In this document: positions 19,315 through 33,657 of the stretch, piece after piece | How the letters are laid out: each line of letters begins with the position of its first letter | How positions within the stretch are numbered: position 1 is the stretch's first letter | Assembly: GCA_963822445.1 (NCBI GenBank) | Contig: CAWGHO010000001.1 | Coordinates: forward strand, 1,344,001-1,408,000 | Direction: 5' to 3' | DNA length: 64,000 nucleotides | From: an uncultured Acidobacteriota bacterium | GTDB taxonomy: Bacteria > Acidobacteriota > Thermoanaerobaculia > Gp7-AA8 | Translations under genes and position numbers: made by a program | Notes under the pieces: generated by a model | The model's input: only the letters and a program-made list of their open reading frames with translations | Told to the model about the DNA's origin: nothing | Databases searched by the model: none

Positions 19315-19988
19315 CGCGATTCAACCGACCGTCACCGTGACGGGCGACGAGTTTCACCACTCCGTCCGGGTGGTGCGCGTTCGCGCGGGTGAGGAAGTGG
19401 AAGTGTTCGATCGCACGGGGCGGGTTGCGCGCGGCACGATCGAGACGCTCGATCGCGACCAGGCCACGGTCCGCATCGACGAGGAGATTGCGTCGCGCGA
19501 AGCGAAGGTGGCCGTTCATCTGGCGATGGCGATCATCCAGCTCGAGAAGTTCGAGCTCGTGCTGCAGAAGGCGACCGAGCTCGGTGTGAAATCGATCGTG
19601 CCCATGGTCACCGACCGCATCGAGCTGCGCCGCGAGCGCTACCTCGGCAAGCACGACCGCTGGACTAGCATCGTCTTCGAGGCGGTGAAGCAATCAGGAC
19701 GGTCGATCTTTCCGGCGGTTGAAGAGCCGCGCGCGTTCACCGACGTGGTCGCGCGGCCGGGTCACAAAATCCTGTTCGATGCCGATCAGGATCCGGGTGA
19801 TTCAGCGGCAGCGGTCGACACGGTGACGCTGTTCATCGGTCCTGAAGGCGGATGGTCGCGACGAAGAGCTCGCGCTCGCACGAGCCAATGGCTGCGCATT
19901 CGAGCGGCTCGGACCACGGCGTTTGCGCGCGGAGACCGCGGCCATCGTTGCCTGTGCGCTCGTTGCTGCGCGCTCCGGCGACATTTGA
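19292..19988 (+). CDS. rsmE: 16S rRNA m3U1498 methyltransferase RsmE (apparent frameshift near 19860)
   Basis: QKATELGV, EAVKQSGR, IGPEGGWS, then LGPRRLRAETAA in a different frame ending at TGA 19988. Confidence 0.85.
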
Positions 19989-20003
19989 TAGATTGCGCAG
20001 CCC

Positions 20004-21268
<1,265 letters not shown>

Positions 21269-21293
<25 letters not shown>

Positions 21294-22091
21294 CGGAACG
21301 TCCCCGCCCACCACTCCCCTTTCGCGCGCTCGCTCGCTAACTCGAGCCCGTGCTTTGCCGCGGCCGCGACGACTTCATCGCGCTTGATCACCAGGATTCC
21401 GCTCAGGATCAACGCGCCGCTCACGTGCCGCAAGACCTCCGGGAGCAAAGGCAAAATCACCTCGGGGATGATGTTCATCGTGATCACGTCGAACGTGCCG
21501 CCGCGAAGAGCCTCGACGCTGCCGATGAACAGGGGCATGGCGTTCTCGTCGACGCCGTTGCGCGAGCGGTTCTCGCGCAGCGCTGCGTAAGCGTCAGGAT
21601 CGTTGTCGAAGGCCATCACCTTCTTCGCGCCGAGGCGGAGCATGGCGATGGCCAGGATGCCGCTGCCGGAGCCGACGTCGAGTCCGCGCTTCCCTTCGAC
21701 ATTGAGCGACTCCAGCGTCTCGATGCAGAGCGAGGTCGTTTCATGCGATCCCGTTCCGAAAGCCTGTTCCTGCGGCACGACGATGGTCATGCGCGACGAG
21801 TCGCGCAGCAACGACGCATCGGGCGCGACGACGAATCGCTCGCCGATCTCCATCGCCGTGAGCGACTGCTGGTAATGCTCGAGCCAGTCGACGCGCGGAC
21901 GTTCCGTCGCACGAGGGCTGAGATCGGCGAGCTGACGCGCGGCCTCATCGCGATCTTCGGGAGTGTCGAAGTACGCCGCGAGGACTTCGCCCGCGACCGT
22001 CGATCCCCGGCTCTCGGTCAGAAACAGCCGCGCCCTGAAGAACTTCCTCACTCGCGGGATCGAACGGAATCTCGAGGATGAAGTCGGTCAC
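21269..22091 (-). CDS. prmA: Ribosomal protein L11 methyltransferase-like (apparent frameshift near 22040)
   Basis: [29 protein letters not shown]; N-terminus ([10 protein letters not shown]) lies in a different frame. Confidence 0.82.
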
Positions 22092-22691
22092 TCGTTCCCC
22101 GAAGTGCGTGCGGTAGTCCTCCATCGCCGCCTGCACCACGGCCGCGGCGTGGTCGTAGCCGTACGTGCTCGCTACGCGGATCCGCTGGGCCTCGCCGGGG
22201 ACGATCTTGTAGGTGGAGAAGTAGTGCTCGAGGCGCTCGATGAGAACCGGCGGAACGTCGGCGATGTCCTGCGCGTCGCCCCAGACGTAATCGCCCTGCA
22301 GCACGGCGATGATCTTGTCGTCGGCCTCACCGCGATCGATGAGCTGGAATCCGCCGATGACCCGCGCCGCGAGGAGGATCTCCGACTTCGAGATCGGACG
22401 CTCGCTCAGCACGCAGATGTCGAGCGGGTCGCCGTCGCCCTTCGACGCGCCCGGCGAGAGCTTCGTGACCTGTTCCGCGCAATACGTCTGCGGAACGAAT
22501 CCATAGAGCGCCGGCGGTTGCGACGACGTGCGCTGCGGACGATCGACTTTCAGATAGCCGCTGGACTTGTCGACTTCGTACTTGATCAGATCGAACGGCG
22601 TGATCTCGACGAAGACGTTGACGACGCGCGGCGCGTCGTCGCCGGCGGTGAGGCCGTGCCAGGGGTGGGGGCGATAGCGTGAGAACGACAT
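22088..22691 (-). CDS. ppa: Family I inorganic pyrophosphatase
   Basis: HPWHG, KYEVDKSSGYLKVDR, YGFVPQT, DGDPLDICVL, DDKIIAV; native stop probably lost to a homopolymer indel. Confidence 0.9.
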
Positions 22692-22720
22692 CGCCGCGGA
22701 TTGTATGCGTGCGGCGGGCG

Positions 22721-23971
22721 TCAGTGCCGGATGGAGCGGCGGCGCGGCGATACGACGCCGATCTCGAAATCCGAGCGCATCCGCACCACCGTGTACGGAT
22801 TCCAGGTGGAAAGCAGGTAATGAATGGACAGCTTGTTTCCCCTGACGGTAGTGAAGCGGTCGATCATGTACGGTGCGTAGCCTCCACCCCGCGTCGTGTA
22901 TGGGTCGTTCCCGCCGATGGTCGGTCCGTTCAGACCGTCTCCGGGAGGATTGGGGACGATCGACGGATCGTGGATGAAAACCCCCATTCCATTGTCGCGC
23001 CGCGCATTGAACACGAGTTGCGGCTTGCTCCATGGTCCCCAGGGCTCCGCGGCATACGTAAAGTAAATCCCGGTCGTGTTCGGTGTCTGCGAGCCGCCGT
23101 CGTAAGTCATCAGCCAGAGATCGAGCTCCTCGGAGAAGGTAACCGACGAGTTGCCGATCTTCGGGCTCGTGCCGGGGACGTCAAGTGGATTGTCGATGAC
23201 GATCGGAACCGCCTCGGCCTCCGACGAGCTCCACACCGGAACGCCATTCGACATTCCCGCGAAGTAGCGCGTACCGGTGCCGCTCTCGAAATTCGCGGCG
23301 GGCACCGAAGACAGATAGACGTTGTCTCCGCGGTAAACGCCGGTGCCGAAGATGAAGACGTCGCTTCCGAACCGCTGCAGCGACGTGAAGATGAACTTGC
23401 CGCCGGGCCTCGAGGAGATGGTGCGCAGCGGTGTGAACGTCCGCGCGTTTTCGTCGAAGCGGGTCAGAACCGAGTAGTTGTTCACGTTCGGGTCGGGCAG
23501 GTTGATGTCCACTCCGGTATTGACCACCACGTACGTCGCGGTGTCGAGGCGTATGCCCGCGTTCGGGACCTCGGCGGCCCCCATCCGCACGCCGGAAATC
23601 CTCACGAAAAAGGGTGTGCCGTCCGGCTTCATCAGGAAGTCGAGAAGGAGCGGCGACTCCGGATCGGTGCTCGTGCTCGTGGCAATGGTGTCGCTGGCGA
23701 AGTACTCCACGTTTGCTCCGAGCGTGTCGCCGAAGAGAAAGTAGAGTTTCCCTTGGGACTCGAACGACGCGCCGAGGTCCGTTCCCAGGACTCGCGCCCG
23801 GGTGTTGGTCAGGTTCGCGGTCGGGACGCAGGAACCGGTTGCGGCTTGCGCCGGATAGTCGCAGTCGCCGACGAGCTGCTCCACCCGTACCGTCGATCCT
23901 TCGATCCAGGTCAGCTTCGCAGGGTTCTGCGCGGCGAGAAGGAGGATGGCGATCAGAACGAACATGGGCAT
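22721..23971 (-). CDS. Secreted DUF4185-like beta-propeller protein
   Basis: Signal peptide, GTDLGASFESQGKLYFLFGDT, AEPWGPWSKP, YAPYM, STWNPY; ends RRRSIRH. Confidence 0.75.
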   Translation of the reverse strand: MPMFVLIAILLLAAQNPAKLTWIEGSTVRVEQLVGDCDYPAQAATGSCVPTANLTNTRARVLGTDLGASFESQGKLYFLFGDTLGANVEYFASDTIATSTSTDPESPLLLDFLMKPDGTPFFVRISGVRMGAAEVPNAGIRLDTATYVVVNTGVDINLPDPNVNNYSVLTRFDENARTFTPLRTISSRPGGKFIFTSLQRFGSDVFIFGTGVYRGDNVYLSSVPAANFESGTGTRYFAGMSNGVPVWSSSEAEAVPIVIDNPLDVPGTSPKIGNSSVTFSEELDLWLMTYDGGSQTPNTTGIYFTYAAEPWGPWSKPQLVFNARRDNGMGVFIHDPSIVPNPPGDGLNGPTIGGNDPYTTRGGGYAPYMIDRFTTVRGNKLSIHYLLSTWNPYTVVRMRSDFEIGVVSPRRRSIRH

Positions 23972-24007
23972 CTGACGCGTGAAGCTTGCCGCGCGTGTAC
24001 GGCCGGA

Positions 24008-25109
24008 TTACACCGAGAAAAAGTCTTTGACCTTCTCGAACACGCCCTTCTCCGGCGGCGTCTCCCCTTCCAACGTCGCCAGCCTTTCGAGGAGCGTGCG
24101 CTGTTCATCGCTCAACGTCGTGGGGATGCGCACGGCGACGTGCACGTAGTGGTCTCCGCGGCCGGACCCGTCGAGGAAGGGCACGCCTTTGCCGCGCAGG
24201 CGGAAGACCTGGTTCGGTTGCGTTCCCGGCGGGACGCGAAGCGATTCCGCACCGTCGATGGTCTCGGTCTGCAGCTCGGCGCCGAGAGCGGCCTGGGTGA
24301 AGGTCACCGAGTGCTCGGAATGGATGTCGTAATCGCGGCGGGTGAACTTCGGATGATCGGCGACGGAGATAAACACGTACAGATCGCCGTTCGGACCGCC
24401 GTTGAAACCGGCCTCCCCTTCGGCCGCCACGCGCAGCCGCGAGCCGTCGTCGACGCCCGCGGGCACTTTCACGGAGATGGTCTTCTCTTCGCGCACGCGT
24501 CCCGCGCCGGCGCATGACGCGCAGGGATCCTTGATCACTTTGCCCGCGCCGCCGCACTGCGGACAGGTCCGCGCGACCGCGAAGAAGCCCTGCGAGTAAC
24601 GGATCTGGCCGCGGCCCGCGCATCCGGTGCACGTCACCGGTTGCGTTCCCGACTTCGCTCCGGAGCCGTTGCACGTGGTGCAGGTGATCGTCCGCGGAAT
24701 CTGCAGCGACACGTCTTTGCCGAACGCCGCATCCATGAAGTCGAGATGGAGGTCGTAACGGAGATCGTTGCCGCGCGCCGGCCGATTGCTGCGGCGCCCG
24801 CGCGTGCCGAAGAAATCGCCGAAGCCGAACAGGTCGCCGAGGATGTCGCCGAAGTCGGCGAACTGATTGGGGTCGAAGCCGGTCGCGCCGCCGAGGCCCT
24901 GATGGCCGTAGCGGTCGTAGCGCGAGCGCTTCTCTTCATCCGACAGAACGCCGTAAGCCTCCGCCGCCTCCTTGAACTTCTCCTCGGCCGCGGGATCGCC
25001 GGGATTCTTGTCGGGATGGAACTTCACCGCCAGCTTGCGGTAAGCCTTCTTGATGTCATCGAGCGACGCGGTGCGCGAGAGTCCGAGCACCTCGTAGTAA
25101 TCGCGTTTT

Positions 25110-25123
<14 letters not shown>
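24008..25123 (-). CDS. dnaJ: Chaperone DnaJ
   Basis: J-domain with HPD, G/F region, four CxxCxGxG repeats. Confidence 0.97.
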
Positions 25124-27590
<2,467 letters not shown>

Positions 27591-27591
<1 letters not shown>

Positions 27592-28669
27592 TAGACCTCG
27601 TGCTCCTGTTCCTCTTCGATCTTGCGGCTCAATGCGCGGCCGAGGTAGTCGACGAGCGGCGCCATCCGCGCGTATTCCATGCGCATCGGGCCGATGATGC
27701 CGACCATTCCGAGCGGCGCTGCTCGTGATGCCGTAACGCCGGGCGACGATACTGAAGTTGTGGACCTGTGTGAAGTCGCTCTCCGAGCCGATCAGGATCT
27801 GCAGCCCGTCGCTCGATCAGGCAGGTCTCGAGAATCTCGACGAGCTTTTCCTTCTCCTGCAGGGCGAGGAAGGTCTTGCGGAACGAGGCCGCGTCTTCGG
27901 CGAACTCGGGTTTGTTCAGAATGGAGACCGCGCCTTCGACATAAAGCTCGTGATCGAGCGGGGTGACGTCATTGACCGCCTCGATGCCGAGGGTGATGGT
28001 CTTCTGGAGCATTTCGTCGTTGAGCGCGCGCTCCTTCTGCGGTCATCCGGATCAGGCGGCGGCGCACGACGTCGAGGGTGTTGCCGGACGAACTCCGCGG
28101 TGATGTAGCGGCTGATCTTCTCGAGCTCGTCGCGGGTGAAGGAGAAGCGGGTCTCGATGACCTTGTTCACGACGACGCCGTTCGCGCCGACGATCACGCA
28201 GAGGATTTTGTTCTCGGCGACGTTGATGAAGTCCATCGAACGGATCGCGAACTGGAGGAGGGTCGGCATGAACACGACGCCGACCTGATCGCTGAGGCGC
28301 GAGAGAAGGCTGGAGGCCTGATGGAGGACGTCCTCGATCTCGGAAGCGTGCGCTGACCTCGTCGTCGATGACTTCGCGCTCGCGAGGAGTGAGCGCGCGC
28401 GATTTCATGAGGTGGTTGATGAAGAAGCGGTAGCCGCGGTCAGTGGGCACGCGGCCGGCGGAGGTATGGGGCTGCTGGAGGTAGCCGAGGTCTTCGAGAT
28501 CGGCCATGACGTTGCGGAGGCTGGCCGGGGAAAGATCGAAGCGGCCGCACTTGGCCAGGGTCCGCGAACTGATGGCCTCGCCTGAGGCGATGTGCTGCAT
28601 GACGATCTCCCGCAAAACCTCGCGGGCGCGGGGATCGAGATCGTGACCGTGAAGGTCGAAGGGGCCCAT
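27591..28669 (-). CDS. hrcA: Heat-inducible transcription repressor HrcA (frameshifted)
   Basis: SPASLRNVMADLEDLGYLQQPHTSAGRVPTDRGYRFF; C-terminal GIIGPMRMEY in another frame; CIRCE upstream. Confidence 0.9.
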
Positions 28670-28678
28670 AGGAATGGT

Positions 28679-28705
28679 TTAGCACTCTCGCAGGCAGAGT
28701 GCCAG
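28679..28705 (-). promoter_or_regulatory. CIRCE operator
   Basis: TTAGCACTC-N9-GAGTGCCAG on the + strand (2 mismatches to consensus TTAGCACTC-N9-GAGTGCTAA), 9 bp upstream of the hrcA ATG. Confidence 0.93.
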
Positions 28706-28772
28706 ACCATTCTAGCGGGCACGGCCCGCCGCGCAAGTTGCTGCGCTGAGGCACGTGCGGCTGCCGGGTGGG

Positions 28773-29348
28773 CTAGAGCTTCTCGGCGGCTCCAGTCCTG
28801 ATGGCCCGCTCGATGACCTGCCGCAGTTTTTTCTCGGCCGCTTCCTCGAGCACTTCCTGCTTCTGGTCGAAGACCTCTTCCTGCTCTTCGAGGGCTTCGA
28901 GCTCGGCTTCCAGCGGGCGCATCTGTTCTTCGACCTCCCGGATCTGGCGCTCCATGTCCCGCCGCTGGGTGGCGGTGTAGCGCTCAGGCTCGTCGCTGAG
29001 GCTGTCGCTGAGGTTGTCATGTTTCCGTTCGAGGGCCTGATGCTTCTTCTCGATCGGCCGCATCTTGGCGTGGAGGGCGTGGTATTTCCCCTGGTTGGCC
29101 TCGACGTGGACGAAAGCCTGCCGCGCCTCCGCCATCGTGGCCGCATCGCGGATCAGGTACTGCTTCCCGTCGATCTTCGCCCAGAGGAAATCGCCGCTCC
29201 AGCGTTTCCCGTACGAGCCGATTCTCTCGACGTTCAGATCGCCGCCGGTGGTGTAGGAATCGCCGCGCTTGAAGATGTAAGTCATCTCGGCGGCGGAGAC
29301 GGCGAGGGTGGCCGTGAGAAGGAAGAGCAATGCGATCGTTCTGCGCAT
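28773..29348 (-). CDS. Exported hypothetical protein with long coiled coil
   Basis: Signal peptide, FLWAKIDGKQYLIRDAAT segment, E/Q/R/K-rich helical C-terminus. Confidence 0.75.
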   Translation of the reverse strand: MRRTIALLFLLTATLAVSAAEMTYIFKRGDSYTTGGDLNVERIGSYGKRWSGDFLWAKIDGKQYLIRDAATMAEARQAFVHVEANQGKYHALHAKMRPIEKKHQALERKHDNLSDSLSDEPERYTATQRRDMERQIREVEEQMRPLEAELEALEEQEEVFDQKQEVLEEAAEKKLRQVIERAIRTGAAEKL

Positions 29349-29396
29349 GACGAATGGACGGTCGAGCGCCGTCCCGGTTAGTTAGAATCGCTGCTG

Positions 29397-30020
29397 GTGC
29401 GCAAACTCCTTCTGATTCTCATCCTCGCCGTCCCGGTCGCGGCCGTCACCGTCGATCGCATCGCAGCGGTCATCGACCGGCAGGTGCTGACGGTCAGCGA
29501 GGTGACCCAGATGGTCGAGATCCGCTTCTTCCCGCGCACCTCTGAGAGCGAGGACGACCATCGCCGCGACGTGCTCGATGCCCTGATCGCCCAGGCCCTC
29601 CGGTTCCGCGATGTCGAGCGCTTCGGTGCGCAGGACATCCCGGCGGATACGATCGAGGCGCGGCTGCAGGAGATCCAGCGCCGCTTCGCGAGCGAGGCGG
29701 AGTTTGCCGCGGCCATTGCGCGCGCCGAGCTCACCGTCGACGAGGTCCGCGCGCTGGTGAAGCGGCAACTGCAGGTCGAGGCGTACATCCAGGAGCGGTT
29801 CGCGCCGCTGGTCTTCGTCTCGCCGGAAGACATCGAGGCGTATTACCGCGGGCCATGGACCGCGCAGCGACGCGCGCGCGGGCTGGCCGTTCCGCCGCTC
29901 GAGCAGGTCCGCGAAGAGGTCAGGCTCGCCGTGCGCGGCACGCGCGTGCAGCAGGAGATCGACAAGTGGACCGGCCAGTTGCGCGAGCGCGCCAACGTGG
30001 ACGTCTACGCCTGGCGGTGA
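29397..30020 (+). CDS. SurA N-terminal-domain periplasmic chaperone-like protein
   Basis: Signal peptide, VDRIAAVIDRQVLTVSEV, LRERANVD; no PPIase domain seen. Confidence 0.75.
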   Translation: MRKLLLILILAVPVAAVTVDRIAAVIDRQVLTVSEVTQMVEIRFFPRTSESEDDHRRDVLDALIAQALRFRDVERFGAQDIPADTIEARLQEIQRRFASEAEFAAAIARAELTVDEVRALVKRQLQVEAYIQERFAPLVFVSPEDIEAYYRGPWTAQRRARGLAVPPLEQVREEVRLAVRGTRVQQEIDKWTGQLRERANVDVYAWR

Positions 30021-31108
30021 CTCCCGATTTCCTGATCATCGGCGCGGGCGTGATCGGCCTTTCGGTCGCACGGGAGCTCAAACGCCGCGACCCATCCGCG
30101 CGCGTGGTCGTCATCGACAAGGAACGCCAGCTCGGCCTGCATGCTAGCGGCAGGAACAGCGGCGTCCTTCACGCCGGCTTCTACTACTCGCCTGATTCGC
30201 TCAAAGCCCGGTTTGCGCGCGTGGGAAACGAGGGGCTGACCGAGTACTGCATCGAGCGCAACCTCCCGATCAACCGCTGCGGAAAGCTGGTTCTCGCGAC
30301 GAATGACGAGGACCTGCCCGGGCTCGAAGAGCTGTACCGCCGCGGTGTCGCGAACGGCGTGCAACTGGAGATGATCGACGCGCCGGCAGCGCGCGCGATC
30401 GAGCCCCGCGCACGAGTGCATGAGCGCGCGATCTGGTCACCGACGACTTCTACGATCGATCCGATGGCGCTCCTGACCTCGATCGCCGAAGACATCGACG
30501 TTCGCCTCGGAACGCCGTACACGGGTCAACCAGCTGGCTTCGTCGTCAACGCCGCGGGACTCGGCGCGGTCCATATCGCCCGCCAGTTCGGCTTCGCCCG
30601 CCGCTACCGGATGATGCCCTTCAAAGGTCTCTATCTCCATTCGAACGAGCCTCCCGGCGCATTCCGCACGCATCTCTACCCCGTCCCCGATCCCCGCTTC
30701 CCCTTCCTCGGCGTCCACTTCACGCTCACCGTCGACGGTCACGTGAAGATCGGTCCCACCGCGCGTCCTTGGCTGCTCCACGGCGCGCGGCTGCTGGCGA
30801 CGAACGCGACGTTGCGCGCGCAGGCGATTGAGGAGATTCGCAAGACGTCGCGCAGACATGTCGTCCGGCGCGCGGCGACGCTCGCGACCGGCGTGGACGT
30901 GAAGAACTACACGCGCTGGGGGCAGCCGGGCGTGCGCGCGCAGCTCTACGACGTCGAAAAGCGCGCGCTGGAAATGGATTTCGTGCTCGAAGGTGACACG
31001 CGCTCGATGCACATCCTCAACGTCGTCTCCCCCGGCCTCACCTGCGCGTTCGCGTTCGCGGAGTACGTGGTCACTCGCCTACGAGCGCCAGAAACTCGTC
31101 TTCGCTGA
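30017..31108 (+). CDS. lhgO: L-2-hydroxyglutarate oxidase-like FAD oxidoreductase
   Basis: GTGA-coupled start; IIGAGVIG, HASGRNSGVLHAGFYY, YPVPDPRFPFLGVHFT, GVRAQ. Confidence 0.85.
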   Translation: MTPDFLIIGAGVIGLSVARELKRRDPSARVVVIDKERQLGLHASGRNSGVLHAGFYYSPDSLKARFARVGNEGLTEYCIERNLPINRCGKLVLATNDEDLPGLEELYRRGVANGVQLEMIDAPAARAIEPRARVHERAIWSPTTSTIDPMALLTSIAEDIDVRLGTPYTGQPAGFVVNAAGLGAVHIARQFGFARRYRMMPFKGLYLHSNEPPGAFRTHLYPVPDPRFPFLGVHFTLTVDGHVKIGPTARPWLLHGARLLATNATLRAQAIEEIRKTSRRHVVRRAATLATGVDVKNYTRWGQPGVRAQLYDVEKRALEMDFVLEGDTRSMHILNVVSPGLTCAFAFAEYVVTRLRAPETRLR

Positions 31109-33065
31109 GCACGGCCACGCCGAGGGACTTCGCTTTGCCGAGCTTCGATCCCGCGGCTTCGCCGGCGACGAGGTAGCTCGTCTTCGAGGACACGGAACCG
31201 GAAGGCTTGCCACCTTCACGCTCGATGAGCTTGTGAATCTCGTCGCGCGAGAAGCGCGTGAGCGTGCCGGTGACGACGACAGTCTTCCCGGCAAGACGAT
31301 CACCGGTCGCAGTGGCGACATGCTTCGGTTTCACGCCGAGCCGTTGCATTTTCTGGATGCGCTCGCGATTCGCCGGGACCGCGAAGTAGGACGTGATCGC
31401 GTCCGCCAGTTTCGGCCCGATCTCATGAATCCCCACCAGTTCCTCGGTCTGCGCATCCATGAGCGCGTCGATGGATTTGTAGTGATCGGCGAGGATTTTC
31501 GCGGCACGTTCGCCGACCATGCCGATGCCGAGGGCGAAGATGAAGCGGGACAGCTCATTTTCTTTCGAGGCTTCGATGTTGGCGATCAGCTTCCGAGCGG
31601 ACTTCTCCCCTTTCCGCTCGAGATTCGCGACCTGTTCATCGGCCAGCTCGTAAACGGACGCGTAATCGGTGATGAGACCGGCCTGGAGCAAGGCTTCGAC
31701 GGTCTGCCATCCGAGACCTTCGATGTCCATGGCCTTGCGCGAAGCGAAGTGGGTGATCGACTGCAGGACGATCGCGGGACAGCCCTGGTTGATGCAGCGG
31801 ATCGCCACCTCGCCTTCGAACTTGTGCAGCGGCTCGCCGCAGACCGGGCAGTTCTCGGGGATCGCGAATTCCTTCGCGCCGCGCGGCCGGTGCTCCTTCA
31901 GGACGTCGACGACCTTGGGGATGATGTCGCCGCCCTTCTCCACCATGATCGTGTCGCCGATGCGCACGTCCTTGCGGGCCAGCTCTTCGAAGTTGTGCAG
32001 CGATGCGTTGACGACTTTCGTGCCGCCGATGCGGACCGGATCGAACTCCGCGACCGGCGTGACCGTGCCCGTCCGCCCAACGTAAAGGTTGATCGCCCGC
32101 ACGACCGTCTTCGCCGCCTCGGGCGGATATTTGAAGGCCACCGCCCAGCGGGGAAACTTCGACGTCGCTCCGAGCTCGAGTTGATCGTCGCGGCGATTGA
32201 CCTTCACCACGATGCCGTCGATCTCGAAGTCGAGGCCGTGGCGGGCCTCGCGAATCTCTTCGATGAACTCAATGACTTCCTCGAGACTCGCGCAGAGTTT
32301 CCGCCGTGGATTCGCGGGAAAGCCGAGCGTTTCGAGCAGCTCGTACGCTTCCCACTGCGAGCCGGCCTGCCGTCCGTCGATGCTGACGACGTGGTAGACG
32401 AACGCGCTGAGGCGCCGCTGCGCGACGAGCCGCGGATCTTTCTGCCGGATCGCACCCGCCGCTGCGTTGCGCGGATTGGCCAGCGGCTCGTGACCCGCTT
32501 CCTCGATGGCCTGGTTGTGCTTGGCGAAGTCTTTCTTGGAGAGGTAGATCTCGCCGCGCACTTCCAGCCGCTTGATCTTCGTGTCGACCTTCAGCGGCAG
32601 CGCCCGGACGGTCCGTACGTTCGATGTCACATCATCGCCGCGCACGCCGTCGCCGCGCGTCGCCGCGCGGGCCAGGCGGCCGTTTTCGTACAGCAGCGAG
32701 ATGGAAACGCCGTCGATCTTCAGTTCCGCTTCATATTCGACGGTCTCCTGACCAAGGCCGCGGAGAACGCGGTTGTGCCACTCGCGCAGCTCGTCGATCG
32801 AGTACGCGTTCTCGATCGAGAGCATGGGCGGGTCGTGGATGACCGTCGCGAAGTCGCCTTCCATCGGCGCGCCGCCGACGCGCTGGGTCGGCGAGTCGGG
32901 ATCGAAATGCTCGGGATGCTCCGCTTCGAGCTGCTGCAGCTTGCGCAGCATCACGTCGAACTCGTGGTCGCTGATCTCCGGCGCGGCGTCGAGGTAGTAC
33001 AGGCGGTTGTGGCGTTCGAGCTCCTCGCGCAAGCGGTCGATTTCCTTCTTGATCTTCGCGGTCAT
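31071..33065 (-). CDS. ligA: NAD-dependent DNA ligase
   Basis: ELKIDG adenylation motif, TRGDG, EVRGE, NPRNAAAG, C4 zinc finger, HhH, BRCT; start re-assigned to ATG 33065. Confidence 0.96.
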   Translation of the reverse strand: MTAKIKKEIDRLREELERHNRLYYLDAAPEISDHEFDVMLRKLQQLEAEHPEHFDPDSPTQRVGGAPMEGDFATVIHDPPMLSIENAYSIDELREWHNRVLRGLGQETVEYEAELKIDGVSISLLYENGRLARAATRGDGVRGDDVTSNVRTVRALPLKVDTKIKRLEVRGEIYLSKKDFAKHNQAIEEAGHEPLANPRNAAAGAIRQKDPRLVAQRRLSAFVYHVVSIDGRQAGSQWEAYELLETLGFPANPRRKLCASLEEVIEFIEEIREARHGLDFEIDGIVVKVNRRDDQLELGATSKFPRWAVAFKYPPEAAKTVVRAINLYVGRTGTVTPVAEFDPVRIGGTKVVNASLHNFEELARKDVRIGDTIMVEKGGDIIPKVVDVLKEHRPRGAKEFAIPENCPVCGEPLHKFEGEVAIRCINQGCPAIVLQSITHFASRKAMDIEGLGWQTVEALLQAGLITDYASVYELADEQVANLERKGEKSARKLIANIEASKENELSRFIFALGIGMVGERAAKILADHYKSIDALMDAQTEELVGIHEIGPKLADAITSYFAVPANRERIQKMQRLGVKPKHVATATGDRLAGKTVVVTGTLTRFSRDEIHKLIEREGGKPSGSVSSKTSYLVAGEAAGSKLGKAKSLGVAVLSEDEFLALVGE

Positions 33066-33565
33066 GCCGGCCTGGAAAGATATCGCGAGCGCTCGACCAC
33101 CTTTTCGACGAAGTTCATCGACTTCAGACGTTCGTCGACGAGGGTCAGAAACTCGCGGCGTCCCTTCACCAGATTGAGGTTGAGGGCGATGAAGCGCATG
33201 CCGCGGGCGGTGTCGAAGTAGAGGATCATGCGGTCGCCGCCGATCATCTGCTCGGTGCCGCGCACGTCGCTCCAGCGCACGGCGCGCTGCCGGAATTGAT
33301 GCAGGGGCCGCAGCATGATCGTCTCCTCCGAAACCTCGGCGATCGGTCGCCGCGTCCCCAGCCAGACCTTCAGTCCGCCTGCCCAGAGCGTTCCGATGTA
33401 GACCCAGACGAAACGTTCGCCGAGCCAGCCGTAGCGGGCCGATGGAGAGAGGGCGAGACCGGCGAAAATCGCGGCCGAGATCGCCGCGGCGGTGATCACG
33501 ATCGACAGCCCGGCCCGGCGAACCCATGGTCTGAAAGGAAACGACCGGAAGGGAAACGCCGTCAT
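33062..33565 (-). CDS. Hypothetical membrane protein (2 TM + PH-like domain)
   Basis: Two hydrophobic helices; ATGA overlap with ligA. Confidence 0.65.
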   Translation of the reverse strand: MTAFPFRSFPFRPWVRRAGLSIVITAAAISAAIFAGLALSPSARYGWLGERFVWVYIGTLWAGGLKVWLGTRRPIAEVSEETIMLRPLHQFRQRAVRWSDVRGTEQMIGGDRMILYFDTARGMRFIALNLNLVKGRREFLTLVDERLKSMNFVEKVVERSRYLSRPA

Positions 33566-33657
33566 TGCCAGCAGCCCGCCGTTTGCGTACGCTGCAAGTT
33601 CGAACGCCTCAGGCCGGTACACGTTTTGCGTAAGAGGGGGGAGGTAGCGGCAGGACG

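Noticed and set aside
21945-23033. Apparent Ppa-PrmA N-terminus fusion ORF
   Set aside because: Removing one base from the GGGG run restores a normal GTGA stop/start overlap at 22088-22091.
31071-33065. LigA as the ligase partner of the Ku pair
   Set aside because: It is the ordinary NAD-dependent replicative ligase about 28 kb away, with no LigD polymerase or phosphoesterase domains.
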